Assembly: GCA_010015585.1 (NCBI GenBank)
Contig: ML975150.1
Direction: 5' to 3' (one strand)
Source: Eremomyces bilateralis CBS 781.70
Lineage: Eukaryota
Length of the DNA: 64,000 nt
Positions 24,924 through 37,947 of this stretch are shown here, piece by piece. Numbering within the stretch: position 1 is the first letter of the stretch; each line of letters starts with the position of its first letter. The notes beneath the pieces are model-generated. The model did no database searches. It saw nothing but the letters and a program-made list of their open reading frames with translations, and was not told the origin of the DNA. A program made the translations under genes and the position numbers.

Positions 24924-25114
24924 CTAAGCTTAGTCAGCTTCGCTGATTGACCGGAATGACGACTCCCTTTGAGATGCCAATGCAATACGCTCTAATGAAG
25001 TACCGGTATTGGACAGGCATCCATTCTCTAGTTGATACATTTTGGACACTTTCTCATTATATGGCAATTCAGACGAAAAAGAGCTAGGATGTGCCATCGT
25101 GGCAAACGTGGAAG

Positions 25115-28100
25115 ATGCAGCGGCCAGCCTTAACCGTTTCAGCACCTTCATTGGAAATAGGAACACCATCAAAGTCGACCGCAGACGTCTCTGACAAGGC
25201 GACTACAGCTTTCGTCCGGCGTACACTATGCTCTCAGAACAACACGGGAGATCTGGGCCGAGTGACGCCGCGCCCGGTTGAGGAGTTGCTACCGCCATTG
25301 ACCAGCTCAAACGATGTGGACCTTCAGCTTTACGGGTTCATTGCGATCATTATCAAGGAGTTCGTGTATAGTTGGTATTCGAAAATTACGCCCGATCACA
25401 CCTTTGTGGACGAGGCAATCCGAATCGTTGCACACTGCACGCGCGCATTGGAACAACGGCTTCGACAAGTCGACTTAGAATCGCTTCTCTTAGACGAGAT
25501 CCCAGATTTGATCGATGCGCATGTTACCGGTATGTGTTGCTCAGGTTGTGAAACCTCTTCCAGTTGAATTCATGGCGCTAAATAACATCGCTCCTTTACA
25601 GCCTACCGTGTCGCGCACCAATCCGCCGACTTGCATCCCTACTCTGCTGGAGCAAGGCAGGTCTATCACACCCTCAACCCGCATCCAGCACTATCGCCCG
25701 CACCGGTGCCTGCGAACCCGGAAACTGTTCGCGAACAAGAACGGAATGAGGAGGCGTGGCGTCATTTGTTGGTGCAGGGAGTATTGGCGGTACTCCTCCC
25801 AACGGAAGATCTCGAGAATCGTTGCCTTCATGCGTTAGTAACGGAAAGTTTGGCCGAAATGATCCTTGGCACAGGGGTCAGCGGAAGAGTCTGTGAGGGA
25901 TGGGTACTGTGGGAAGGCATTACGAAAGCCATCGGGGCTGCGAAGTCACGTTCAACCGACTTGAAAGAGATGAAGAGGAGCAAACGAAGGTTGGGCTCGT
26001 TGGGTCGGCTCGAACGCTTTGGGTTACTCTCCTCGCACGGCGCTGATAAGTTTCCGAGAAGAGCATCCAGCTGGACATCTCTATCCGGATCTGTTTCAGC
26101 GTGGTTTTGGATTGCTGCCCAATATGTATTTTTGGCGTTTACGGCATTACGCGGGGCGATCATTGCATTTGCAACATCATCCTCCTTACCGGCAAGAGGG
26201 GCAGCGATCGCAAAATCACCATCCGTCGAAGTCGCGCATAGCGAAATTCCCTCATTCAAATCCGAAAGTGGAAGACAGGCCCCGGAATCGCTGCGACCTA
26301 TTGTAAGCATGAAGGCATGGGCGTGCTTTGCGAACCTAATCGAGCTGGATGACTGCATGCCATGGTTAAGTGGCTTTATTGCGATTCTCTATACGGGAGT
26401 GGTGGAGGGGCCGGGTCGGTTGGGTTACACAGACGGCACATTGGACAGGTAAGTGGACATGTCTTTCATTTCTCACTCGTGTTTTACCCAGTCAATGGTC
26501 ATGATTGTCGTGATTTTCCTCTTCGTTCCGGACATATCCGTTGCGAAACCTAGCCGGACGATTAAAACTGGTCGGCAATCCTGCCACGGTTGCTCGGTGA
26601 AAAGATTGGCTTCATTCGCATCGTCGAGCCGACCCAGCGGGCACGGGCAAAGGCAACCCGCATACGGGAGGAGTCAAGTGACCTGGCGCCAGCCAGTCAT
26701 CTCACAGGATGGCTTCTCTTATCGAACCCCCCTTGCCCTCCATTTCTGGTGTCCGTGTGCAAGGGCGTTACTGATGGAGGGTGGAGGGGCCCACCCCTCC
26801 CGTCTGCAACTCGGGCGCCCAGGCGCCCACTACAGAACGTGCCAGGAATTCCCCGCTTGCCTCCAATGTCGCAGCCCAACGGGCAAGGGTCCCACTCTGG
26901 CTTTTCTTCATTACAAGCATTCTTTGCATCTTCATTTGCTGGAGTATGCCGGGCTTGAAATTGATAACGGACACCGGTCTTTTTTTCGCCTGAAAACAAG
27001 GGAAGAGCGGATATGCAACAAAAGCCAAAAAGATTGAAGCTACTCCTTGACTTTACGACCCGGACAGGGTCTGCCGGACATCATACCAATCCTTTTTGAG
27101 ATGCCGAGCTTTCCACTTGCTGCTTGTTTCACCCTCGACTCCATGATTGATCAGCAATTCTCTCACGCTTCGGTCGATGCTAGCATGGGAATATCCAATC
27201 GTCGTCTAATCATGCTATATGATGCTGAGCAAGATATACGACTCCGCACTATGTGCAAAGAGCAGTGTATTTCGTCATGGCAATCAATGGCTGATTTCAA
27301 GCTGACTGCGGACTTGCCTCGTCTCCTTCGATGCGACGTATTGGAACTCACCTGTCAAATTTCATGGATACGCGCCCGCCTGATCTGATACCAGATATTC
27401 GGGACGAGCAGCGGCCCGCCCATGTCTGCAGGATAGCGAGCGTGCTCGTTTTGTGCATTAATTCCCTGGCGACTACGACGTTGGTCATAGCTTTTGGTGG
27501 CTTTGTGAGGTTGAGTGATATCTATCATTCTCTCTCAATTACAAGGGACCTGGTCATTCCACAAAGTCGATACGCCATGAATGTCAACGCCTCGGATCGA
27601 GCTCTCTTGCGAGCTCAGCACCTCAACGGTTCTGTTTTAGCGAGATGACGACCATGCTACTTCTATGTTCCACCATTCGGTGCCTTGCGCTGGACGACAC
27701 CATTACACATCTCAACGCTAAGGATCGGCTTATTCGTCCCTTGAGGCAGGTCTTACCTCTGGATCTTTGCGGCAATGGCACTACACGACCAAATCCCCTA
27801 GCATTGTTGAGTCGCTAGTTATGAGTTCTAGACGACAAAGAATTGGTTGCGCTCGATTTTGGATGGTTTCAACATTCCGATCCCGCCATGGTCCCAAGGA
27901 TGCCAAAAAACTCTTGACCAAGGATACACACAGCCGATGCCCACATCCATCTACCAGCGTCATCGATTTGCCGTCAATCCTTCCTTCCTTACATCGTCAT
28001 CGGTCCCGTCTCTTAGTGCGCCTGGGGAGGTCTATGCTACTAGGATGGAGCGGGGAGACACTTCCCCGGGCGCCTCATTCTCTTGGTGGCGATCAAACGG

Positions 28101-29106
28101 CTAGGACCCGTACACGCTTTTGATCGTCTCAGCAAGGCGGAATACGACCTGTATATTCCATTGTTGATTTACCATGGCCTTTGTCGAAGACAAGTGACGT
28201 GTAAAACGGATATCTCAAAACGAGATAGTCGCACAGAAACGATTCCAACCAGCCGACCAACCTTCTTTCCACCAACCGTAGACAAGCCAACACCTGGCTG
28301 TCATGGCGCTCACAGGGAATTGACGCCGTCCCTGGGGTATTCGAATTCGGCACCTCCTTGCATGTTTCGCAGCATCATCGTCCTTCAGCTTCATCCAATT
28401 GCGGACCTCGTACACATCAGTGCTCTTGCCACAATCAAAAGCCATCTAATGAATCTTCTAAACATTCCGTTATTCCACGCTTGTCTCACTTTTCAACAGC
28501 AACAATTGCGCTACCCATTCTCAAATTGTCCGGACGAACCAATCATTACCTATCTTGTTCTTGGATGCAGGCTTCCCTTGCACCGCCTTTGCGGTAGCTC
28601 ATGTGCCGTTGATATCGAAAAGTCCAGTTTCATTTCTGCGCATTTACTGACCAATGCTTTCATCTATCAGAATCCTTTCTAACCACGTCCAAACGTTGCT
28701 CCGCGCTCCAACCCTTCTGCCCACACTTCTCCGCAATGCCCGCTCGGCGCTGTTTCCCAATAACAGTCCCCCCCCTACGAGAACCGTGCCATCCATCGAG
28801 GAGCAGCTCGCTATCCGCCGGAAATGCGCGGAGACGATCGCTGGCTTGATCCCACCCTTCGTATCTGCCGTGTACTTTTCCAAAGAGAAGGTTGAGGATG
28901 GTCCGAGGCGGGTCGGAAGGGCTCCTGATGAAAAGAAGACTTCGGCTGTGGATGAGATCGAGGTGATTCTGAAGGTCTTCGGAGATACGTATATGAATAA
29001 GCATCTCATCTTTGGTGTCATCGAGTTGGTTGTCATTCGACTCTTGCCGGAGATGGCAGAGTTGGGAGTTGAAGGTCTGATGGCGGAGCGGTTGGGAGAA
29101 GTATGA
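25115..29106 (+). CDS. PXA-domain protein with a 2,222-nt second intron
   Basis: LLPPLTSSNDVDLQLYGFIAIIIKEFVYSWYSKITPD, LLVQGVLAVLLPTEDLEN, C-terminal FGDTYMNKHLIFGVIELVVIRLLPEM. Exons 25115-25529, 25602-26448, 28671-29106 with compatible phases. Confidence 0.88.
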
Positions 29107-30165
29107 AGTGCAAATCGGTTCTTTTCTGTTTTGGAGTGAGCTCGTCAGTTTGAAGATACCCTTAATAGCATATTCGTAATTCAATGGAAATTTTGCACGA
29201 TACGAAATGAGCCATTCGAGTTGTTTACAAGCGCCATCAATTCCTCTAAGAAATCGTTCATTCGCAGGCTTTGAAAGGCTTTATCTGGACGCGGATGGAT
29301 CCCGAAGCCTTCCATGAGCCCTGCGAATGCAAGTCGTTACATATAAACAATGAAGCCGCCGAGACGCAACGTAAATACATATCCTTCTCCACGTCTCACG
29401 CTTCCTGATATCCTGTTAGGGCAAGGGCCACGAGTCAGCGACGTCTATGGCTCCTTAATATGGCCCTAGACTTCACCCAGTCCACGATTCCCTCGAAACC
29501 GAAATGCAAAGTCACATATAATCGCCCAAAATGACCCTGATGAAACTCCAGATAGCACATGCAATAGCCCTGAGAAACCCAATACAGATGAGGACTGAAA
29601 AAACGGAGAATGGCTCCGCGCGGGCGGATAAACCGTCTTTGGTTTGGAAGATTTGTGGTGATGATGATCGAAATGTTTTGGAGTTCCCCCAAAGGTCCCT
29701 TGCGAGACGTGCGTCCTTGACCTGTACCAGTGCCCCTTGATGTTTCCGATGCCCATGATCCCTATATCCCGTTCCCATCCCTGCCCAGAGTCTCCGATAC
29801 CGAAAGGAGATACACTCGCTGTGCAAGATAAATGACGCTAGCCTGTTAATGGCGAATAAGTGAGGAAGGTGAAAGGGTAGAAGCGCAAAAACGAAATGTA
29901 CACAAATAAATGATGGTAACTGTAGATCCAAAAACAAAAGACGCAGAATGATGACGAAAGCATGACTTCTGCGGAACTGAAGCCGGTGTCAGAATGTAAT
30001 CGTTAGAACGATGCAGGTGTGGGATTTTTCGGTACTCAAACAGAGTAATCGTTTGCGGCGTTGTTGAACCGCCGATGCCAGTGCGGATAAACAAATCGCA
30101 TGCGGGTTCAAGTGCTTGATATCGGTTTGCGTGTCCATATCCCAGTTGCACGTCAACGCCACTTT

Positions 30166-32140
30166 CTAGTCTCTCATGCCCTCGCTTATGGCAACACCAA
30201 GGCCGATACCGAGTTGCTGAACGCCTCCTGGCTGCGAAAAGGACTGGCGTCTCAACTTCAACTTCTCCATCAACTTCCCGATTGTCACGTACTCTTGCGG
30301 CTCAACCAGTCCGCTCGGTTGATGCTGGAAGAACTGCATCACCACTTCAAGTGCTCGTCGGGCATCTTCTTGGCTGGGGCTACCGGCTGCTGGCTGAGGC
30401 GTCGAGTTGAGCACCGCCCGATGTTGAATAGGGCTGAATGCGCTCTCCGTGGAGGAATTCGGTGCAGTTGTGACACTAGCTGGCGTGATTGGAGACGATT
30501 GGTGCATACGGTCGAGCCGGGTCTGGACGTGGGGCATCAGGACGGGTGACGGAGAGTGAACTGGTTGGTGCTGCGCCGTCGTAAGAGGCGGAAGAGCAGA
30601 TGATGCTGACATTGAAGGAGGCGGCATCTCAGATGCGCTGGTAGCTGCGGCTTCCAGTTGTTCCTCGGCGGATGGCAGCGGGTTCGACGAAAGCTCGCCC
30701 ATCGGCGAGTCGCGCGCTGTCGATGGTATGTACTTTGGTGTTAAGGAATCTGACGTCGGACCCGTGCTGGGAGTGAAGGCTTGTGGTTCGATGCCCAGCA
30801 TTGGGAACGTCTGGCTGCGAGGACGTTGGAAGCCGTTCGAGCCGGGTGTAGTGCTACCGCTGACCGATGTCATACGACCTTTGGTTGGAACGAAAGGACT
30901 CTGTCCGGTCGCGGATTCCGGAGAGAAAAAAGGCGAAGTCGGGCTTGTAGGACCTGGAGAGAACGAAGACGGAGCCGCGTCAGTAAATACAGAAGACAGA
31001 GACGTATTGCTTTGCGAGTGGAAAGGCCGGTGGTTTTGTTGGGCCTGGTTAAAATCGAAGAAATGATCTGGACTTTCAGCCTTCCCAGCGCCGGCTCCTT
31101 CTTCTGTTTTGGTCACCGCCATAGCCAAATCGATAGGAGAGACGGTGCCGGCTGGATCCGGCGTAGTAGGCGAAATTCCTCCGGGGGTTTGAGACTGCGA
31201 AGCAGGATTGGACTGGTCCTCCGAGTCTTCTGCTATCGAGCCTTTCCGCGACTTCGAGCCTAGCAGGTTGTTCTTCGCACGGAACTTGTTTAACCAGGAG
31301 TTGCTGTTTGCCTTAGCCTGACCCTCTGAGGTGCCCAGTGCCGTCGCAAAGTACCGGAACCGCTCTCGAATCTCTTGGTCCGAAATGGCCATTCCACGTT
31401 TGTTTTGCTGGTTTCGCGCCCAGGTAGAAACAGCACGTTCAAGATCCTGGGACTTGCCTTTGCTCTTCTTCGCAGGGGAACGACTTCCATCTTCTTGGTA
31501 GAGATACTTTTCTTTGTTCCTCAGGACTTTGGAGACCGTGCTAGGCGACATTAGAACACTGATCCACAACATCACTAGTCTCCTCAAGCATACCTTCGTT
31601 CGACACCGAACATGGCTGAGCAGCTAATCTTAGCATTGCGCATTCCTTGCAGCTAGAGAGAAACTTACCACCAATTTCCGTCTGCTTCACATTCGGATGC
31701 TCCTCATGGTACAGACACATCCTTCTCCGGTCTGTATCAGTCAGCGTCTTCCGAGGCGTCGACGTTCTTGAGCTGGTCGACGTCGCAGAGATCGGCGTTG
31801 AGGCCGGCGCAACAGGCACCGCTGGCGTTGTGCTTGGATAAATGGGAGGCACGTAGGTGGACTGGCTCGTGAGCATACTGGGCCACTGTTGCTGTTGCGG
31901 CATGACCAGCGGCTGGAGTTGGTGAGTTGGTCGCGGCGGAGGCATCGTCGACGGCATGCCATGAGTGTACATTGGCTCCATTGGCATCGGAGCAAATGCG
32001 AAACCCGGATACTCGTGCACAGGAGATTGATGCACTGAGTGCGGATAGGGATTCCCGTTGGTGTCGACCCAATTGCCACCACCATCATGATATCCCCCGG
32101 TGCTCCCTGGCTCTTGATGTTGCTGGTGATCATGATCCAT
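30166..32140 (-). CDS. CENP-B/ABP1-type tandem HTH DNA-binding protein (no DDE domain)
   Basis: RKTLTDTDRRRMCLYHEEHPNVKQTEIG|AMFGVER|STVSKVLRNKEKYL...DLERAVSTW...SNSWLNKFRAKNNL. Exons 32140-31669, 31615-31594 (22 nt), 31540-30166. Confidence 0.88.
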
Positions 32141-35100
32141 CGCGATTCCTGGTGTGTATGAAGCTAACCAACTTCCCGCTCAGTTGCAGAAAACAATTGG
32201 CGAAGTTCCAATTCAGAAATGGTCCGAAATATTCGTTTGACCCTTCAATCCACTTCAGGGAGCAGGCGGCCTAGGGCTGCACGGCGTTTCCTGGGGAAAG
32301 GAACCTTTGACCCGGAAGACTGCATGCAGCAAGTGGGCGGTTCCTGATGTAGTGAAGCGAAGGACGAGCGTGTTTGCCGGGTTTTGGTCTAGTACCACGG
32401 GCAAGCCGGTGCAACTGGGGCGTAGATGGCGGCCGAGGACCCAACCGAAGGGAATTGGGAAAGAGGACGGCACAAAAAATAAGGTGAATGCGGAGCTGCG
32501 AGGCACCAACACGTCAACCCTACATGTGGTGCAGCAGTATCGCAGAAGGAAATGAAGATGCAAGAGAGCTGCAGGATGAGGAGGAGGATGTATATGGTTG
32601 GATAAGTGGAGGAAGGTTGAGCATAAGCCGGCGACGGAGTGGTGGTGGGGGAGGACAAGGAGGTTAAGCCTGGCTCCAGCAAATCGACTTGCAACAACTC
32701 CTTATTACACAGTACTGCTCCCTCAGGCGGACAACACACTGGCGTTTTTAGCAGTTAGACCTAATTATCCAGTCAACGTCGACGGAGCGGAGCGACGCGA
32801 GAGCGGGAGCACTGCGGGAGGATTGCTATAAGCGCGGGTGCCTCGCCGATTTTGTTTCCTGCTTAGTGCTTAGGGCGACGGATCCCCGAGATCGACTTGG
32901 GGTTCTGATCGAATCTCTTTGAACCCACACCTGTGATTTGAGTCTAGCGTTCGGTAGAGCAGATAACTATTGACGATCCGGGCAGGGAGCACCATTTTCA
33001 CAGGCAGGCGACGGAGACGAGATCCGAATCCCTGCCAATTGCGTGCCCAAAAGAATCAATGAGGTGGAGAACTGGAGATAATGTTTTAGCCAGGAAAAGA
33101 CTGTCACCAGGTGTAAAAAAACGAAGAAGCGACTTCTTCATGGAGTATTGGGCGGTCGTAGCAACGCAGTAACTACCCGTACTGGTTGGTGAAGACGAGG
33201 TCGCATCCAAGGAGCACAGAGCGCCCGTCGTGGGCTGTCAATCGAAGGTCGACTTCAAGCCCCCAAGGACTGGGCGCCCTGTTTCGGTCTTGCTCGCTGC
33301 TGAGGGCTGCTGCATCCCTTAGGTCTGGCGCATTTTCCCAGCAGTCTCTTTTCTCAACAGTGCAAATGCCCAATAATGATCTCCCGCCAATTTGCCTGAA
33401 TATCTGGGCTTCTGCGCCCCAGATACCACCATAGACAGCCCCACTGCGTCGCCGGCCGGGGCCCCTGGGCTCTGGTGGCAGATTGGCAGCCGGACGAGGG
33501 TCCCCATGCTCCATGGCTTTCTCGTGAGCCTGGGTGGGACCATGGGGGCTGGCCATTGGGGGGACGGGGAGGAACATGCACATTGCGGACGAGGAGCCCC
33601 TGGCAAATGGGATGCTCTGGCGATAGTGTCTAGTGTGAGCGCCAAAAGGGCATCCCCACCAGTCAAGCATGCCGAGATCGCCTGCATCCTCAAAAGTTGT
33701 AACTGTGCCTCTCGTTCAGGAATAATATGCTTCAGTACCGAGTATCGTGATGGAAATCAAGAAGCGTTGAGACTGGGGGAGAGTAGGGAATATCGGGAAT
33801 CAAAGTTGTACTCGGAGCCCCAGGTAGACGCAAGAAATGGGTTGAAGAGGCACTGGGACATCAAATCACTCCCTATCCTCCTCGAACTAGGATGGATCCT
33901 TCAAGGACTGAGCTCACTGAAAGCTTTCAAATCATCTCGAATGACAACTGAAACCCTAGATACTGCTTTGTCAAGCCAATGTTATTCTCGTTCCAACAAG
34001 TGTCTCCAACCCGGACCCAATGGCGGCGTAGAGATCCAATGAAGCACTCTGTATGGAACGCTGTAGCTTTCACGTTTGTTCATGATGGCTTCCTTGGAAC
34101 GCGTCTTCCCGATGACGGAGCCTTTCTTCCCTTGTCGTGTTCTGCTCCAATTGAGACTATCGACCTCAATTTTCAGGTGCTCCTAACGGAATCGAACTGG
34201 AGGTGAGTGGGAAAGTCGATACCGAACCTTGTCAACTTTCGTTCCGGGATATCAGGGCCTCAAGGAAGTTCGTGGAGGTCGGTATCCGTCATGCTCATGC
34301 ATGCAGTGATGCCTTCTGGGCCGGTCCATCCTTGGGCCACGAGATCAACCATACCTGCGACCCGCTGCGTGCACGAACGGTCCGATAATTAAACCACTAA
34401 CCATCGGCTCAACGAGGAGATTCTTTCCTTCGAAAAACATTGTCTTGCGGCGCAGGCTGTCAGGCATCGCTCAATAATCGATGGGACTAGATTGTCCCGC
34501 TGCGGGCGCGATTTCTCCCGCAGTCCCGCTCGAAGGATGCTACGAAATCCTTGAATGAGGCGAGTGGGTTGTGGGGGGCATGTCAACCCCCCCCGATAAC
34601 CCGGCGAGAAGACCCCCCTCCTCATCAGCAATTGACAATTCGGCATGAACACGCTCGGTCCACCTGCAGCTCTGGGCCCTCTGACTGGTTGAGAAAGGCG
34701 GTGATCACCCCTGTAAATCGGTGCATTTCCCATATTCCGCGAAAACGACGGCCGTTGATTGGCGGCCCGGCGCAAAAAAAAGTCAAAGAAATGGAATTTG
34801 AGGCACAATTGTTGAGCGCGGGCATCAGGGTAGAGGAATGTGTCCCGTCCTTAACGCTCGCCCCATCTCGATAGAATGATCGTCACAGTGAAACGATTGC
34901 AGAAGCTAGAAGACCGAAGAATGAACAGTGCTCTCCGATGCGGGTGAAAATGGCCTGACCATAACACCGTTCAGCTAGGAAAGGTTCCACCCGTCAGATT
35001 CTGGGCAGACGACCAACTATTGGTTCCAGAAGAGTCCGCATCGCTATGATCGTTGGCTCTGTTTCCTTTCCTATCTGCCTCCACGAGGCCCAAAACGGTG

Positions 35101-35552
35101 AGGCTCGTGGGATCAGCGTGCGATGAAAATATCTCTGGGTGGAATAAGCATCTTCATTGGTGATGTTTCCGCGGAACACAAATGGAAGTTGGAACGGCGC
35201 GACAAGTTAGTTGAACCTTTCAGTGATGTTGGATTTTGAACGCCTCTCATTGTTCTGGCTATCGTAGCGAGCAGCGACTCGGAACCAAGGACATTTCGAT
35301 AGCTCTCGTGTCCCAGATTTTTATCCCGTGAATATTGACGAGGATTTTGATGATTCCCGCCCGTTCCGCGATGCGCGGCACAGCTGATTCTCTTACATCG
35401 TACTCGTCGGGTGCCGGTTCCAACGCTGTGGGTATTTGCAATACAATTGAAGCCTCATGATCCCTTGTTCTCACCACTCAATTTGCAGTTTCGCCGCCCA
35501 GTCTTTTGACCGGTTGCTAGTAGCCGTTTAGCCATTCCGTCGTCGTTGATAC

Positions 35553-37174
35553 TTATCGTTTGATGATGGTGACTGTCATGTGGTCAGTGGTGGGGTGCAG
35601 TCGGAGCCGACAGCCAACGATTCCTCGCTTTGCTGTCGCGGCTCAAATCCCATGATCACTTACTGATGTCTTCATCCGCTAGCTCGTGAGCCAAACCGAC
35701 ACGTTGGGGCTGATGCTTCACAGACTTCCCGTACACAATCGCCTGCTTGAATTGCTCCAGGATGCTTTTGTGAATCTGGCCGCACTGTTTCTATTGTCAA
35801 TCTCGGGCCTCTGCATTTGTGTAACCTGATGACATACGAAGTCTTCCACTGTGCAGGCGTTTGCACGCAGTACCACGGGTTCGGAGTAATCGGGCATCTT
35901 TCCCTTGGGCTTCGTGTAAACCCGGCGGAGATTGAGCATCTCCCACATCTGCTCGAGTAACTCGTCGACGTTCCATCCATGCTCGGAGCTGATGGGACAC
36001 GCGTGTGGGATCCGGTACAGGAGATCAAGCTCCTCAACGGAAATGGCATCGATCTTATTCAACGCATAAATGACGGGAATGTACGCTCTGCTCTTCGCTT
36101 CCAGGACGTCGATTAGGTCGTCAATTGTCGCATCGCACCGTATGGCAATGTCAGCGGAGTTGATCTTGTACTCCGACATCACCGCCTTGATCTCCTATTG
36201 CAAGTCAGTCATCACGAATGAGTCTAGAACGAGTAACGTACGTCATGGTCAATGTGGGTCAGCGGCACCGTGCTGGTAATTGCGAGGCCTCCCTTTTCCT
36301 TCTTTTTGAACGTGATGTTCGGCGGCTGCTTGTTGATTCGGATCCCAAAGCCCTCCAATTCGGTTTCGATGACACGTTTGTCGGTGAGCGGTTTGTTCAC
36401 ATCAAGGACGATGAAGATGAGATGGCAAGTCTTCGCAACCGCAATAACTTGACGACCTCGACCCTTACCGTCCTTCGCCCCCTGAATGATACCAGGCAGA
36501 TCCAGCATCTGAATCTTCGCACCGTTGTAGACAACTTGACCAGGTACGGTGGTAAGCTACGTTCCATCAGCAGAGTCCGGCTTGGCAATATAATTATCCA
36601 TACAGTTGTGAATTCATATGCCGCAGCTTCTGAATGTTGACCCGTCAAGCGACTCATAAGCGTACTTTTGCCCACGGACGGGAATCCGATAAATCCCCTG
36701 GAGTTCAGAGTTAACTTTTGAACTAGGTTAAGAAGACGGGGTTCCAACATACACGCTCGCCACACCAGTTCTTGCAACGTCGAATCCCACTACATGTCTA
36801 TCTTAGCTCTTGCACCCCGTTGAAGGACTTCAACATGACTTACCTCCACCTCCGCCACCTCCGCCACTAGGAGTGAGAAGTTCACGTTTTAATTTGGCAA
36901 GCTTCGCTTTGAGTTGTCCTGGAATTGATGTTAGCACGTTTGCGTTGCGGATGCAGAAGACGGTGGGCTGTCCATACCTAAATGATACGATGTCGACTTG
37001 TTCTTTTGAGTCCGAGCCATCTATTTCATTGTGAGTTCGAATGCTTCAGTTCTGTTCTCGGCAGGCGAAAATACCTCGGACTCAACATCTTTGATCTAGA
37101 TATGAGAATTAGCGATATGGATACAGGCCACAACACCAAGACTTCTCCCTTACCTTGTCCACAGTCGTCGACAT
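35553..37174 (-). CDS. RBG1: DRG1-family ribosome-interacting GTPase Rbg1 (10 exons)
   Basis: [51 protein letters not shown] (G1), YEFTT (G2), DLPG (G3), NKID (G4), C-terminal TGS domain; 9 GT-AG introns. Confidence 0.95.
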
Positions 37175-37339
37175 CTTGGCTATCTGTCTCTATCCGATAC
37201 GGAACTTTGATGAACTGGTTACAAGTTGGATCACGAATTTACTAGCAATAGCGATGGTTGTTCTGGATTTACGTGCAATATCAAAATTCGGAGGGGCAAC
37301 TTTGAGGCAATGACGATCTTTTGCGATTTCAAATCTTGT

Positions 37340-37350
37340 TGCCTCAGGCA
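37340..37350. promoter_or_regulatory. TGCCTNAGGCA palindrome upstream of RBG1
   Basis: TGCCTCAGGCA with half-sites TGAGGCA 37303-37309 and TAAGGCA 37364-37370. Confidence 0.6.
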
Positions 37351-37500
37351 TAATTTATATTCATAAGGCACTAATATTTGTTGCCCGACACAACTTCACC
37401 AAGCCTTGCTCAGTTCTGCGCTACGTTTATCTGAGTGTCCATTTCTAGTGGCAAGCATTATACACATTAGAACATCTCAAGAGACATATGAACATATCAT

Positions 37501-37947
37501 ATAGGAGATGACGGGGACGCATCCCAAAAGTATCAAGACACATCCCACCGATGTGGAGACGTCTGACTCACGTGACGTTAACATGTGCTCTGATTGGTTC
37601 ATTTCAAAAAGAGAAAACTCATTCCCAATATACCGCCTGTTCATGTTCTAGGCACCCCATCCACTATTTTGGGCAATCCTCTCCACCTATTTTGGGCTTC
37701 TCAACGCCCGTCTTAGGCACTCCCACCGCCCTTCTGCAGTTTTTTCTAAACTGCCCCTTCCATTCCCTAACCACCAGAGCCCTAATATGAGGACAAATAC
37801 CTCTAATATTTCGGTATGTATTTTCTTAAATAGATCAATCAGAGCACCGGATTCCTATGTGACGTAAATAAGATGCACCTACCCGTTGGTGGGGTGTGTC
37901 TCGTCTATCCTGGCACTTCTTGGGATATGTCCCGATCATTTTCCTAT
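37501..37947. mobile_element. Degenerate long inverted repeat (old MITE/foldback-like relic)
   Basis: Arms ~37501-37630 and ~37805-37947 align as reverse complements, including exact GTGCTCTGATTG (37585-37596) / CAATCAGAGCAC (37836-37847); many differences are transitions. Confidence 0.6.

Noticed and set aside
26449..28670. Telomerase RNA hosted in the 2.2-kb PXA intron (the size fits Pezizomycotina TERs)
   Set aside because: No TAACCCTAA/TTAGGG-type template seen on either strand of the intron
30166..32140. Active pogo/Tc5 transposon
   Set aside because: No DDE domain or terminal inverted repeats; intron-containing host-like gene
34720..34810. snR30/U17 m1-like ATATTCC and RNase P CR-I-like GGGAAAT strings
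   Set aside because: Partner motifs (AAACCAT m2, CR-V) not found
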